Under the pieces are notes generated by a model. The model had not been told where the DNA came from. It ran no database searches and saw nothing but the letters and a program-made list of their open reading frames with translations. The translations under genes were made by a program, and so were the position numbers. A stretch of 54,772 nucleotides of DNA from an uncultured Thermotogae bacterium (lineage in GTDB: Bacteria; Bipolaricaulota; Bipolaricaulia; UBA7950; UBA9294). Below, piece by piece: positions 46,675 through 54,772 of this stretch (positions are counted from its first letter, which is position 1; each line of letters opens with the position of its first letter). The DNA lies in contig CAZKFV010000021.1 in assembly GCA_964552295.1 (NCBI GenBank), positions 1-54,772 on the forward strand, in the 5' to 3' direction.

Positions 46675-47351
46675 GGCAAGTCGTTCATATCCAGCTTGTA
46701 AAGACCGAGTATTCGCGCTCGCATGCTCTGCAGGCAAAGCTACATGAAATGCGCTGCCGAGGGGACTTGGGTGACACCATCATCACGGTAGAACACGATC
46801 CTGTCTTCACCCTGGGCCGAACCGGATCCAGGAATAACATACTCGTTTCAGAGCAAGAGAGGCAGCAATTGGAAATCCCGGTCTACGAAATAGAGCGGGG
46901 AGGAGACATCACCTACCACGGACCAGGCCAGCTTGTCTGTTACCCGATAATCGATCTGAGAGCCTATGGGAAGGACATCAAACGCTACATATCATCCCTG
47001 GAACAGGCGATGATCGATCTGTGCGCCGACTACGCGATCGAAGCTGCACGACGTATAGGCTATCCTGGTGTTTGGATTGAAGAGCACAAGATAGGATCTA
47101 TAGGTGTTTCGGTTCGCCACTGGGTCACAATGCATGGTTTGGCATTCAACATCAATGTTAACAAGGATCATTTTGCCATGATTAACCCCTGCGGCCTCCC
47201 GATCCGAATGATCTCCTTGGCCGATCTTACCCCGGAATCTGTCACACTCAATGATGTAACCCAAAATCTGTTAAGGCATATGCAATCGATCTTTGGATGG
47301 GATATCGTACCGGTAGATGAAAGTATGTACTGGAGGCTACTAGATGACTGA
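46671..47351 (+). CDS. lipB: octanoyltransferase
   Basis: EHDPVFTLG, RGGDITYHGPGQ, KIGSIG, HGLAFN, INPCG. Confidence 0.95.
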   Translation: MRQVVHIQLVKTEYSRSHALQAKLHEMRCRGDLGDTIITVEHDPVFTLGRTGSRNNILVSEQERQQLEIPVYEIERGGDITYHGPGQLVCYPIIDLRAYGKDIKRYISSLEQAMIDLCADYAIEAARRIGYPGVWIEEHKIGSIGVSVRHWVTMHGLAFNINVNKDHFAMINPCGLPIRMISLADLTPESVTLNDVTQNLLRHMQSIFGWDIVPVDESMYWRLLDD

Positions 47352-48216
47352 CCGCCCAACATGGCTCAAGGTAAGGTCCAACAGTGCGACTGAGGCAGAA
47401 GGAATGCGCACAGTAAGACGAATTCTTGCTGATTACAACTTGACAACTGTGTGTCAAGGCGCCCGCTGCCCCAATGCAGCCGAGTGCTGGGGAGCAAAGA
47501 CAGCTACTTTTATGCTCCTGGGCAGCATATGTACTCGGGCCTGCCGCTTCTGTGCAATACCCACTGGTAATCCGCATGGATTAGTTGATCAAGATGAGCC
47601 AATTAGAGTGGCTGAGGCGTGCTCTGATCTAGGGCTCAAGTACGTTGTACTCACTTCTGTGGACAGGGACGACCTAACAGATGGAGGAGCCTGTTTGTTT
47701 GCAGAGGCAATCAAGCAGGTTAAGAAGGTATCACCAGGGATAAAAGTGGAGGCGTTGATCCCCGACTTTTCTGGAGATAATGAAGCATTTGTAACACTAG
47801 CTGATAGCTACCCAGACGTGATAGGCCACAACGTAGAGACCGTTCGCCGACTATCACCGGGGCTTCGTGATCCAAGGGCTAGCTACGACCTATCGCTACA
47901 TGTTCTTCAGAAAATCACCGAGATCTCTCCAAATATCATAACAAAGAGCTCACTTATGTTGGGATTGGGAGAGAAACCAGGCGAGGTTCAAGATACCCTC
48001 AGGGACCTCAGAGATGTGGGGGTTAGGGCTGTTACCCTCGGGCAGTATCTTCCTCCATCACGTTATGCCGCTCCACTGACCCGCTATGTTCATCCTGACG
48101 AGTTCGAATCTATTGCCCAACAGGCTAAGGATATGGGCTTCTGCTTTGTAATGTCGGGGCCCTTGGTACGAAGTTCATATCGAGCTGCCCAGACAATAAA
48201 CGCATGCTCCGGCTAA
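47344..48216 (+). CDS. lipA: lipoyl synthase
   Basis: CQGARCPNAAEC, CTRACRFC, TSVDRDDL, HNVETV, GQYL, RSSY. Confidence 0.96.
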   Translation: MTDRPTWLKVRSNSATEAEGMRTVRRILADYNLTTVCQGARCPNAAECWGAKTATFMLLGSICTRACRFCAIPTGNPHGLVDQDEPIRVAEACSDLGLKYVVLTSVDRDDLTDGGACLFAEAIKQVKKVSPGIKVEALIPDFSGDNEAFVTLADSYPDVIGHNVETVRRLSPGLRDPRASYDLSLHVLQKITEISPNIITKSSLMLGLGEKPGEVQDTLRDLRDVGVRAVTLGQYLPPSRYAAPLTRYVHPDEFESIAQQAKDMGFCFVMSGPLVRSSYRAAQTINACSG

Positions 48217-48947
48217 TAGTCGACCTGGCACCCAGAGACCCATCGCTTGGCCTCGCCCTAGAAGAAGCCCTCTTGGAAACCGCTAAACTCCAAAACACTT
48301 GTACCCTACGTCTTTGGGTAAACGATCGGTCAGTAATCATAGGCAGATCTCAATCAGTAGCGTCCGAGGTCAATCAACGTATCTTGCGTGCCAAGTCTAT
48401 TCCAGTGCTTCGCCGGCTCAGTGGCGGGGGAGCTGTATACCATTACCGTGGAAATCTTAACCTATCAGCTTTTCTAACCAGTACACATACCCTAAGCAAT
48501 ATGTCCCAAACCTACGCTGCGTTCGCTCATATTTTTGCCCGTATGCTATCCCAACTGGGCGTAAAGGCAGAATCAAGCAGAAACTCAATACTGATAGGAA
48601 AGAAGAAGATCGCTGGAGCAGCGCAGGTAAGGTCGAAAGGCTTAGTGTTGTATCACACAACCTTTATGGTAACCCCCCCGCTTATCCCGATAGACAGTCT
48701 TCTTCTAGCTATGCAGAAGGATTACCGTACTTCCTTTGTTGCTTCACATCCACTGCCTATTACAAGCCTTGCCCAGGTAGTACCTGGAATTACAATGAGG
48801 GCGTTGATAGACCCATTAAGTGACGGTGTGGCCAGGCTAGTGAGGCGCGCATTGCAGGAGGACACTTACTCCAAGCGGGAACTAGATCGTGCAAAGATCT
48901 TGCAACAGGAAAGATACGGTAACGATAGATGGAACCTGTCTCGTTAG
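48204..48947 (+). CDS. lipoate-protein ligase A family catalytic domain, no C-terminal domain
   Basis: IIGRSQ, RRLSGGGAVYH, GNLN, KKIAGAAQ; 247 aa. Confidence 0.85.
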   Translation: MLRLIVDLAPRDPSLGLALEEALLETAKLQNTCTLRLWVNDRSVIIGRSQSVASEVNQRILRAKSIPVLRRLSGGGAVYHYRGNLNLSAFLTSTHTLSNMSQTYAAFAHIFARMLSQLGVKAESSRNSILIGKKKIAGAAQVRSKGLVLYHTTFMVTPPLIPIDSLLLAMQKDYRTSFVASHPLPITSLAQVVPGITMRALIDPLSDGVARLVRRALQEDTYSKRELDRAKILQQERYGNDRWNLSR

Positions 48948-49480
48948 CAGATGAAATGATTATCGCTTGTCAGATCAAGCGTCAGCCACGTGGGTTGGTT
49001 TCTATAGCCAAGCGTTGTGTGCACGGTTACCCGCAGGTAGTGACCGTTTACCCACTATTTGACGGCAAACCATTTCCGACTCTGTTCTGGTTAACCTGTC
49101 CATTGCTCCAGTGTGAGCTGGCAGCATTGGAAGCAGCGGGAATGATAGCCCGCCTGGAGCAAAGCATTGCTACAGATGACAAACTTGCCCAACAGCTAGC
49201 TACGGCTCATCGCGCATACATGAAAGAACGTAACGGCTTGCTCTCAAAAGAGGATCTTGAGTATCTCGAGAAACACAAGATGCTATTTTCTCTGTTAGAA
49301 AGGGGTATAGGAGGCATAGCCGATTTCAGCAAGATAAAATGCCTGCACATGCACGCAGCCCACGCCCTCGCAAGGCGCAATCCAATAGGTAGGATCGTCC
49401 TAGATAAACTCGATCAGCTTGATTGCCCTCAAGAAACAATAATCTGCTCCGCCTATCAAAAGACGGAGCAGACTAGATAA
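48929..49480 (+). CDS. DUF501 family protein
   Basis: QIKRQPRG...RC..G.P, PFPTLFWLTCP, GIGG, KCLHMH, NPIG. Confidence 0.85.
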   Translation: MEPVSLADEMIIACQIKRQPRGLVSIAKRCVHGYPQVVTVYPLFDGKPFPTLFWLTCPLLQCELAALEAAGMIARLEQSIATDDKLAQQLATAHRAYMKERNGLLSKEDLEYLEKHKMLFSLLERGIGGIADFSKIKCLHMHAAHALARRNPIGRIVLDKLDQLDCPQETIICSAYQKTEQTR

Positions 49481-49502
49481 CTTCTTACTCTACCTTAGAC
49501 TC

Positions 49503-51536
49503 TTACGGATCCGCCTCTACAACAGGCGGTCTATTAATGTTTTCTATGTGAATAACGTACGAGTCACAGGCAATCGCCCCACACTCATCAGTTACGGTCA
49601 GGCTCACGGTGATGTTCTCTCCCTGGCAGGCGTCCACTTGGGGAGCAGTAAAGCAAGGAGTTGGTGAGAAGGCATCGTCAAAGCTTCCGCCAGACGTTGT
49701 CCAGTAATAGCTTAGCTTACCGCACTCTGGATCGGTAGCGTCTGCCTGAAGAACGCGCGAACTTCCTTCCTTCATCGATAATCCGGGCCCCAATTCTACC
49801 CGCGGAGGCTGATTCAGGTTACGCACGTTCACGGTAACCGTATCTTCCACAGTTGCCCCACAGGAGTCCGTAACCGCTAGCCTTAACACAACATACTCCC
49901 CCTCGCAAGGCTGAGTCATCGGTGCTCTGTAAACAGGGTTCAGTATCGTTGGGTCACTGAGCGCCCCCTTACCAACCGGCACGGTCCAACGATATCTTAG
50001 CGGCCCTCCGTCCGGGTCAGATGCACTTGCGCAAAGCTGTACAGACTTCCCTTCATCGACGATCACGTTGCTACCTGCATCGACGGTGGGATCAAGATTA
50101 ATGTTGTTGATGTGCAGAACGAACGAATCCCGACCCTCGGCTCCGCAGCTGTCTGTAGCAACCAGAGTAATACAGACATCTATTCCCTCACAGCAATCGG
50201 TCATCGGCGCGGTGTAGATAGGATCCAGGCTAGTTGGATCATCCAATGAGCCAAGCTCCGCGCTCCATTGTACACTAACTACATTGCAGTCTTCGTCGTT
50301 GGCGGTTCCATGTAGCTGGATTGAAGAACCCTCATCCACGGATTTTAGTACCTTACCACAGGGTTGGGGAACCGGAGGCGGCGCGGGCATCGCCGGCTTC
50401 GGGCATGCTGCAGTGGTAAGCGGGCAAGCCGGCAAACACGGAACGCATGAACCGTATACAATCTTTCCTTGCCAAAGCGTATCATCTACTCCATCGGTGT
50501 AGAGTATATTGAGTCCAGATCCACCAAGAAGCTTATCAACCCCAGGCCCGCCGCAGAGAACATCGTTACCAGCTTCGCCTTCAAGGGAATCATTACCGCA
50601 ATCTCCGCAGAGATGGTCATCGCCGTTACCGCCAAACAAGATATCGTCGCCTGGGCCGCCGCAGATGATGTCACATCCGTTTCCTCCCTCGATGATATCG
50701 TTACCTTCTCCACCTATAAGAATGTCGTTTCCATCAAGGCCCATTATAAAATCATCGCCAGCAAGACCCAGGATCAGGTCATTTTCTGGGGTGCCATACA
50801 ACCTGTCATTACCATCAGTGCCATAGATCACATTTGTTATCCCTAGGGCCGCGTACTCTGGCGGGATCTCGCTTTTTGCTGGCTCAGCCGTTGTAGCAGC
50901 GGTAAGTGCTTTGAGAAGATCCTGCGACTGGCTGACGTGGTAATAGCTACCCCCTGTTGACTCTGCCATTCCAGTTAGTTCTTCGCGCACCGCTGGGTCA
51001 ACGTCGAGGCCAATTACGTGAAGAACTATGGGCGGGCTCATCGAGGCAAGCATTCTTGCCACTACTATCGGATCACCCTCACAGGTTTCTTCTCCATCAC
51101 TTACCAGGATCACTGTACGATCACCAGAAGCCGAAGAAAGGGCTTCAGAAGCCTCTACAAGTACATCTGCCAGCGGTGTCAAACCCTTTGCCTCTAAGGC
51201 ATAGATGGAGCTTATCATGGTACTGATCATTTGATCGTCAAGAGACTGTATCGGAAAGAGAAGCTCGATATCCCCGCAACTAGCTTTCCTATCCGTTTTC
51301 ACAAGCCGATGTCCAAAGACGAATAACCCCACATTGGTACCGTCAGGTAGTTTTTCCCATACTTGAACAAGGGCATCTTTAGCGGCATCGATCCGCGACC
51401 CGCCTCCAAGCGGATTGTTCATGCTATTGGACGCATCAAGAACAAAGACGATGCTGTCAGTAGCCCCAAGAGCTATGCCCGAAAACACAAAAGATCCGAG
51501 CACTAGAGCCATTAGAAGCCACGTTTTGGTTCCCAT
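49503..51536 (-). CDS. secreted VWA + RTX-like repeat + three PKD/Ig-like domain protein, Cys-rich
   Basis: signal peptide; VLDASNS/TPL/SDG MIDAS; 12 Gxx[GE]xD-type nonapeptides; Pro/Cys linker; three ~90-aa repeats; AAGGAGG SD. Confidence 0.85.
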   Translation of the reverse strand: MGTKTWLLMALVLGSFVFSGIALGATDSIVFVLDASNSMNNPLGGGSRIDAAKDALVQVWEKLPDGTNVGLFVFGHRLVKTDRKASCGDIELLFPIQSLDDQMISTMISSIYALEAKGLTPLADVLVEASEALSSASGDRTVILVSDGEETCEGDPIVVARMLASMSPPIVLHVIGLDVDPAVREELTGMAESTGGSYYHVSQSQDLLKALTAATTAEPAKSEIPPEYAALGITNVIYGTDGNDRLYGTPENDLILGLAGDDFIMGLDGNDILIGGEGNDIIEGGNGCDIICGGPGDDILFGGNGDDHLCGDCGNDSLEGEAGNDVLCGGPGVDKLLGGSGLNILYTDGVDDTLWQGKIVYGSCVPCLPACPLTTAACPKPAMPAPPPVPQPCGKVLKSVDEGSSIQLHGTANDEDCNVVSVQWSAELGSLDDPTSLDPIYTAPMTDCCEGIDVCITLVATDSCGAEGRDSFVLHINNINLDPTVDAGSNVIVDEGKSVQLCASASDPDGGPLRYRWTVPVGKGALSDPTILNPVYRAPMTQPCEGEYVVLRLAVTDSCGATVEDTVTVNVRNLNQPPRVELGPGLSMKEGSSRVLQADATDPECGKLSYYWTTSGGSFDDAFSPTPCFTAPQVDACQGENITVSLTVTDECGAIACDSYVIHIENINRPPVVEADP

Positions 51537-51575
51537 AATTATTTCCTCCTTAGTCTTTCCTCACACACGCCTACT

Positions 51576-51619
51576 ATCATAGCAGAATCACACCACTAAT
51601 TTCCGTGATTAAGATCACA
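51576..51619 (-). promoter_or_regulatory. extended -10 promoter with CRP/FNR/Rex-like palindrome
   Basis: minus strand TGTGA-N6-TCACG at 51604-51619, then TGcTATGAT; weak -35. Confidence 0.55.
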
Positions 51620-51670
51620 ATCGCTGGTTATTCCAAAATGCCGCACTTGAAGCTTGAGAGAGTACTTCTT

Positions 51671-52120
51671 CTATTCGAGACACTCCAGGAGTTGGCGTCT
51701 CTTCTGCACAGCGATTAGCGCGCGTACTCTTCCATCTTTGCAGACGCCGCAACCAAGTACATCCCCGCGGTAGCAAATGGCTACGTACCCATCATCAACA
51801 ACGACGGAAACGGATTGCCCGAGAAGAAGTTTCCTGAGCGTGTTCAAGTCGTCAATTTCCACACGAGACGCCCTTACGCGATCCGCCAGCAGGCGAAGGA
51901 ATACAGAGGTTGGCTTAAGTCCCTGCGGCATTCGGCGCAGTGCCCGCACCCCCGCAGGACGGCTTGACTCCACTGCTGATGTAGTTGGCGCACTCGTCGC
52001 CCAAATCTCACCTGTCTTTTGTTCTATGAATGTCAACTGGTTTAAGAATTCTAGCGAAACACCAAACCGAGAGGAAAACAAATAAACAATCTCCTCACGC
52101 AGGCTTTCGGATAAAAGCAA
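51671..52120 (-). CDS. probable RNA-binding partner of the m5C methyltransferase (NIP7/PUA-like)
   Basis: RFG...GEIWA...G.R.LR....KPT...GYV...LG.G pattern as in archaeal partner proteins; TTG 52120 after GGAGGAGG (ATG 52147 alternative). Confidence 0.6.
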   Translation of the reverse strand: MLLSESLREEIVYLFSSRFGVSLEFLNQLTFIEQKTGEIWATSAPTTSAVESSRPAGVRALRRMPQGLKPTSVFLRLLADRVRASRVEIDDLNTLRKLLLGQSVSVVVDDGYVAICYRGDVLGCGVCKDGRVRALIAVQKRRQLLECLE

Positions 52121-53000
52121 TGAACCCTCCTCCACTGTCAATGTCATGGGGATATATTCTTACACAACGCTCTACCTCAAGCGCGTATTCCTGCCCTTGC
52201 CAGCGGGTGACTGCCGCATGCGTATGAAATGGAACGCTCACTTCATCAATTGACGCTTCCCTCTCAGACAGTAGGTATGAGACCACTGCCTCGTTCTCCT
52301 CCGGGGCGAATGTACAGGTAGAATAAACAAGAACGCCACCTGGTTTCAGGAGATCGTACGAGCGCAGGATCAGCCGTCGCTGCAAGCGGGACAGACGGTC
52401 AACGGTAGATTTAGTAGCTCCATCTCTAAGTGATGGTTCCTTACGGATTGTGCCTTCAGCAGAACAGGGAGCATCAAGAAGAATCCTATCGAAGCTTACG
52501 CCCATGGGAAATGACTCACCCCTATAGGAGGTTACGGTAGCATTAAGAACCCCCAGCCGGTTTATATTGGCCATCAGCGACGGCTGCCGTTTGCCAACCG
52601 GTTCATTTGCTATTAGTGATCCCCGATTATGCATGTAAGAAGCGATCTGTGTACATTTGCCGCCTGGAGCAGCGGCTATATCAAGTATTTGATCTCCTGG
52701 CCGCGGGTCAAGTACTCGTACAGGGACGGTCTGTACAGCCTCTTGGATGTAGAACATACCCAGCCAATGTTCAATTGTCTTGCTCGGTTTACCTTGGTTG
52801 ACTAAGAAAAGGTCGTCCGCCCAATCTATTTTAGAGACTACGAAGCCACAGTTTGTTAGACGAAGATATACTTCCTCGGGGGATGCTCGAAGCGTATTTA
52901 CCCTGATCGTTACTGGCAGAGGGCGAGCACACGCCGACCTGAATGCTTCCCAATCGTTTATGATCTCCTGGTATCTGGAGAGCTTCTCTTCTTTCTTCAT
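52095..53000 (-). CDS. RsmB/NOP2/NSUN family RNA m5C methyltransferase
   Basis: IRVNTL, FYIQE, LDIAAAPGGK, ILLDAPCS, LVYSTCTFAPEENE, GGGFIA. Confidence 0.93.
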   Translation of the reverse strand: MKKEEKLSRYQEIINDWEAFRSACARPLPVTIRVNTLRASPEEVYLRLTNCGFVVSKIDWADDLFLVNQGKPSKTIEHWLGMFYIQEAVQTVPVRVLDPRPGDQILDIAAAPGGKCTQIASYMHNRGSLIANEPVGKRQPSLMANINRLGVLNATVTSYRGESFPMGVSFDRILLDAPCSAEGTIRKEPSLRDGATKSTVDRLSRLQRRLILRSYDLLKPGGVLVYSTCTFAPEENEAVVSYLLSEREASIDEVSVPFHTHAAVTRWQGQEYALEVERCVRIYPHDIDSGGGFIAFIRKPA

Positions 53001-53767
53001 GGACTGACAATGCTTAGCGTCTCAGCATGGATTGCCCCATTAGTTGCCACTATTCCATCCTGTGAATTGACGATCTTGCCCCCAAGGAGATTGGAACTCG
53101 CTCCACCTGCCTCTGCAATCAGCAGCTTTCCGGCAGCAATATCCCAGGGCCAAAGAGAAAGATACCAGGCCACATCTATCCTGCCCGATGCAACATATGC
53201 CAAATCAAGACAGGCAGAACCATACGTCCTAATAGCTCTGACATGAGGAATCACTTGGGCAAGCCTGGACTGAGTAAACATTGCCAGTTCCGGCCGCGAA
53301 GAGAAACCTACCCCAACCACACAACCTTCAAGCGAGGCTTGGGCACTTACCCTTATCGATCGGCCGTTCAGGGTCGCCCCTTCTCCTCTGATTGCGGTGA
53401 ATAGCTCGTTTCTTACCGGATCGTAAGTGCAACCCACAAAGCTTTCGCCATCGCGTGTCAAGGCAAGGGAGACCGAAAAGTGGGGTATACCACGCAGGAA
53501 GTTATTGGTTCCATCCAACGGGTCTATTAACCAAGTATAAGGGGACTTTCCTTCTATCCTCGTCCCCTCCTCCGACACGATTCCATGATCGGGAAAGCTA
53601 TTGCGGATTATGTCCGTCAGAACCTTCTCCGAGCGGCGATCAAATATGGTCACCGGGTCATATTTATGCGATTTAGCCTGTGTATACTTCTCCTCGTTTA
53701 TGCCCTTTATGAGTATTTTTCCTGCTCTCTTGACCGCATCGCTAGCAACCCCGAGCGCTTCTTGCAT
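52997..53767 (-). CDS. suhB: inositol monophosphatase family protein
   Basis: SEE, IDPLDGTNNF, GSACLDL, WDIAAG; start moved to ATG 53767 just after the upstream stop. Confidence 0.9.
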   Translation of the reverse strand: MQEALGVASDAVKRAGKILIKGINEEKYTQAKSHKYDPVTIFDRRSEKVLTDIIRNSFPDHGIVSEEGTRIEGKSPYTWLIDPLDGTNNFLRGIPHFSVSLALTRDGESFVGCTYDPVRNELFTAIRGEGATLNGRSIRVSAQASLEGCVVGVGFSSRPELAMFTQSRLAQVIPHVRAIRTYGSACLDLAYVASGRIDVAWYLSLWPWDIAAGKLLIAEAGGASSNLLGGKIVNSQDGIVATNGAIHAETLSIVSP

Positions 53768-53768
53768 A

Positions 53769-54503
53769 CTATCTTCCAATTGCCAGTCTCTCTGCCAGGG
53801 AGTGCGGAAACCCCGCCTGGTCAATGGCTTGCATCACCAACCCTGTGTCGTAGGAAACGCGCTTAAAGGTGATCCTCCCACGCCCGTGGTCCAGGCTCAT
53901 AATCGCATACGCAGCACGCGGGTCGCCATCACGCGGTTGCCCAACGCTCCCTGGATTGATCATGTATTTCCCTGCAGGATCTATATCAAGTATCTCTCGG
54001 GGATCAATTCGCTCCACCCTGCCAGAAAAGCTAGTGTATCCTCCTTGGATGTGAGAGTGTCCAAACAGACCAATGGGGCGACTCAAAAGTCGGAAATTTT
54101 CTTTGGCCACAAACAGGTCACGTATGTATTCCCACAGTGGTCCACGCAGACTTCCATGAAAAATAACGAATTGATCCTCAGTGTAAATCTTTTCAAGCCC
54201 AGCCAGAAAATCTATGTCGCCCGAGGAGAGAACCGTTCTGGTCCATGTTGAAGTAGCCAACGCCTCCGTTGTGAAGGCATCTGCAGGGAACAGGCCAGCA
54301 ATCGCTGCATCATGGTTTCCCTGAACACTGACAATCTCCATCTCTCGAACGCGCTTGATTACCTCTGCTGGCCATGGCGCATAATCCACCAAGTCGCCGC
54401 AGCAAACTATTCTCTCGATCCCAAGCCTGCATAGCTCTCCCAGTACCGCTTCCAATGCTGGGATATTGGCATGAATATCGGAGATTATCCCAATACGCGT
54501 CAT
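53769..54503 (-). CDS. calcineurin-like metallophosphoesterase
   Basis: SDIHAN, GDLVDY, GNHD, FHGS, GHSH, INPGSVGQPRDGD. Confidence 0.92.
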   Translation of the reverse strand: MTRIGIISDIHANIPALEAVLGELCRLGIERIVCCGDLVDYAPWPAEVIKRVREMEIVSVQGNHDAAIAGLFPADAFTTEALATSTWTRTVLSSGDIDFLAGLEKIYTEDQFVIFHGSLRGPLWEYIRDLFVAKENFRLLSRPIGLFGHSHIQGGYTSFSGRVERIDPREILDIDPAGKYMINPGSVGQPRDGDPRAAYAIMSLDHGRGRITFKRVSYDTGLVMQAIDQAGFPHSLAERLAIGR

Positions 54504-54619
54504 CCGGTTAACCGATCCATGAGGGAGAAGATAGCTCGACTGGAGATCTCCGTAAAAGCGCCTTCAATCTTTGCCAGCTTCCTTCCAACAGCCTTACATC
54601 TAATGCATCCTGCATACAA
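54500..54619 (-). CDS. putative 39-aa small protein with CxxC
   Basis: GGGGGTGA SD, 7 nt, TTG; MYAGCIRCKAVGRKLAKIEGAFTEISSRAIFSLMDRLTG*; stop overlaps next ATG (ATGA). Confidence 0.4.
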   Translation of the reverse strand: MYAGCIRCKAVGRKLAKIEGAFTEISSRAIFSLMDRLTG

Positions 54620-54772
54620 GAAGGATTCACCCCCGCAATGTAAACACTAAAGCTCATCGTTTGTGATCTCATCAGTTGTCAAAACCAGCAAAACGGTTCA
54701 TGAGCCAACAAATACACACCATTGCTACTATATTATGCGATACGTCCGGATCCTTATGAAGGGGAAAGAAAA

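Noticed and set aside
50469-50846. Pro/Ser-rich repetitive plus-strand ORFs
   Set aside because: Mirror of the GGxGxD repeats encoded on the minus strand.
53601-54251. 216-aa plus-strand ORF
   Set aside because: Antisense to suhB and the metallophosphoesterase.
1-54772. CRISPR array, tRNA/rRNA, integrase/transposase, selenocysteine read-through
   Set aside because: I saw no regularly spaced repeats, cloverleaf/T-loop signatures, recombinase motifs or in-frame TGA at catalytic Cys positions. This was by eye, so short ncRNAs could be missed.

Overview
Gene-dense chromosomal window from an anaerobic bacterium. The binding proteins have SPase-I (non-lipoprotein) signal peptides, which suggests a diderm. 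The Thermotoga/Firmicutes/archaea-like gene mix is reminiscent of Ca. Bipolaricaulota, but that assignment is a guess. Left to right: the 5' part of a Type IIG (Eco57I-like) restriction-modification gene running off the left edge; dusB, a PLP dehydratase and orn; a GNAT; acs-satP; slt; DUF502-accD-accA; fba-pfk. A ~20 kb glycerophosphodiester/glycerol-phosphate cluster follows: DeoR regulator, two UgpBAE-type ABC modules with one convergent ATPase, two GDPDs, two HAD-IIA phosphatases, an archaeal-type DHH hydrolase, a secreted beta-helix protein, an Ldh_2 dehydrogenase, glpK and a three-gene flavin/Fe-S G3P dehydrogenase module. Then come an orphan PPDK-N protein, a NUDIX, a 4-subunit 2-oxoacid:ferredoxin oxidoreductase, an S1 protein, rpmB, tsaB, ribF, a Cys-rich secreted protein/redoxin pair, ruvB, a CDP-alcohol transferase, EamA and tsaC. 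The right end holds a lipoyl-domain-lipB-lipA-lplA-DUF501 operon, a Cys-rich VWA/RTX/PKD surface protein, an archaeal-type m5C RNA methyltransferase pair, suhB and a metallophosphoesterase. I saw no rRNA, tRNA, CRISPR array or transposase. The best candidate for an undescribed system is the extended glycerophosphate salvage cluster. All family calls are by motif recognition, without database searches.
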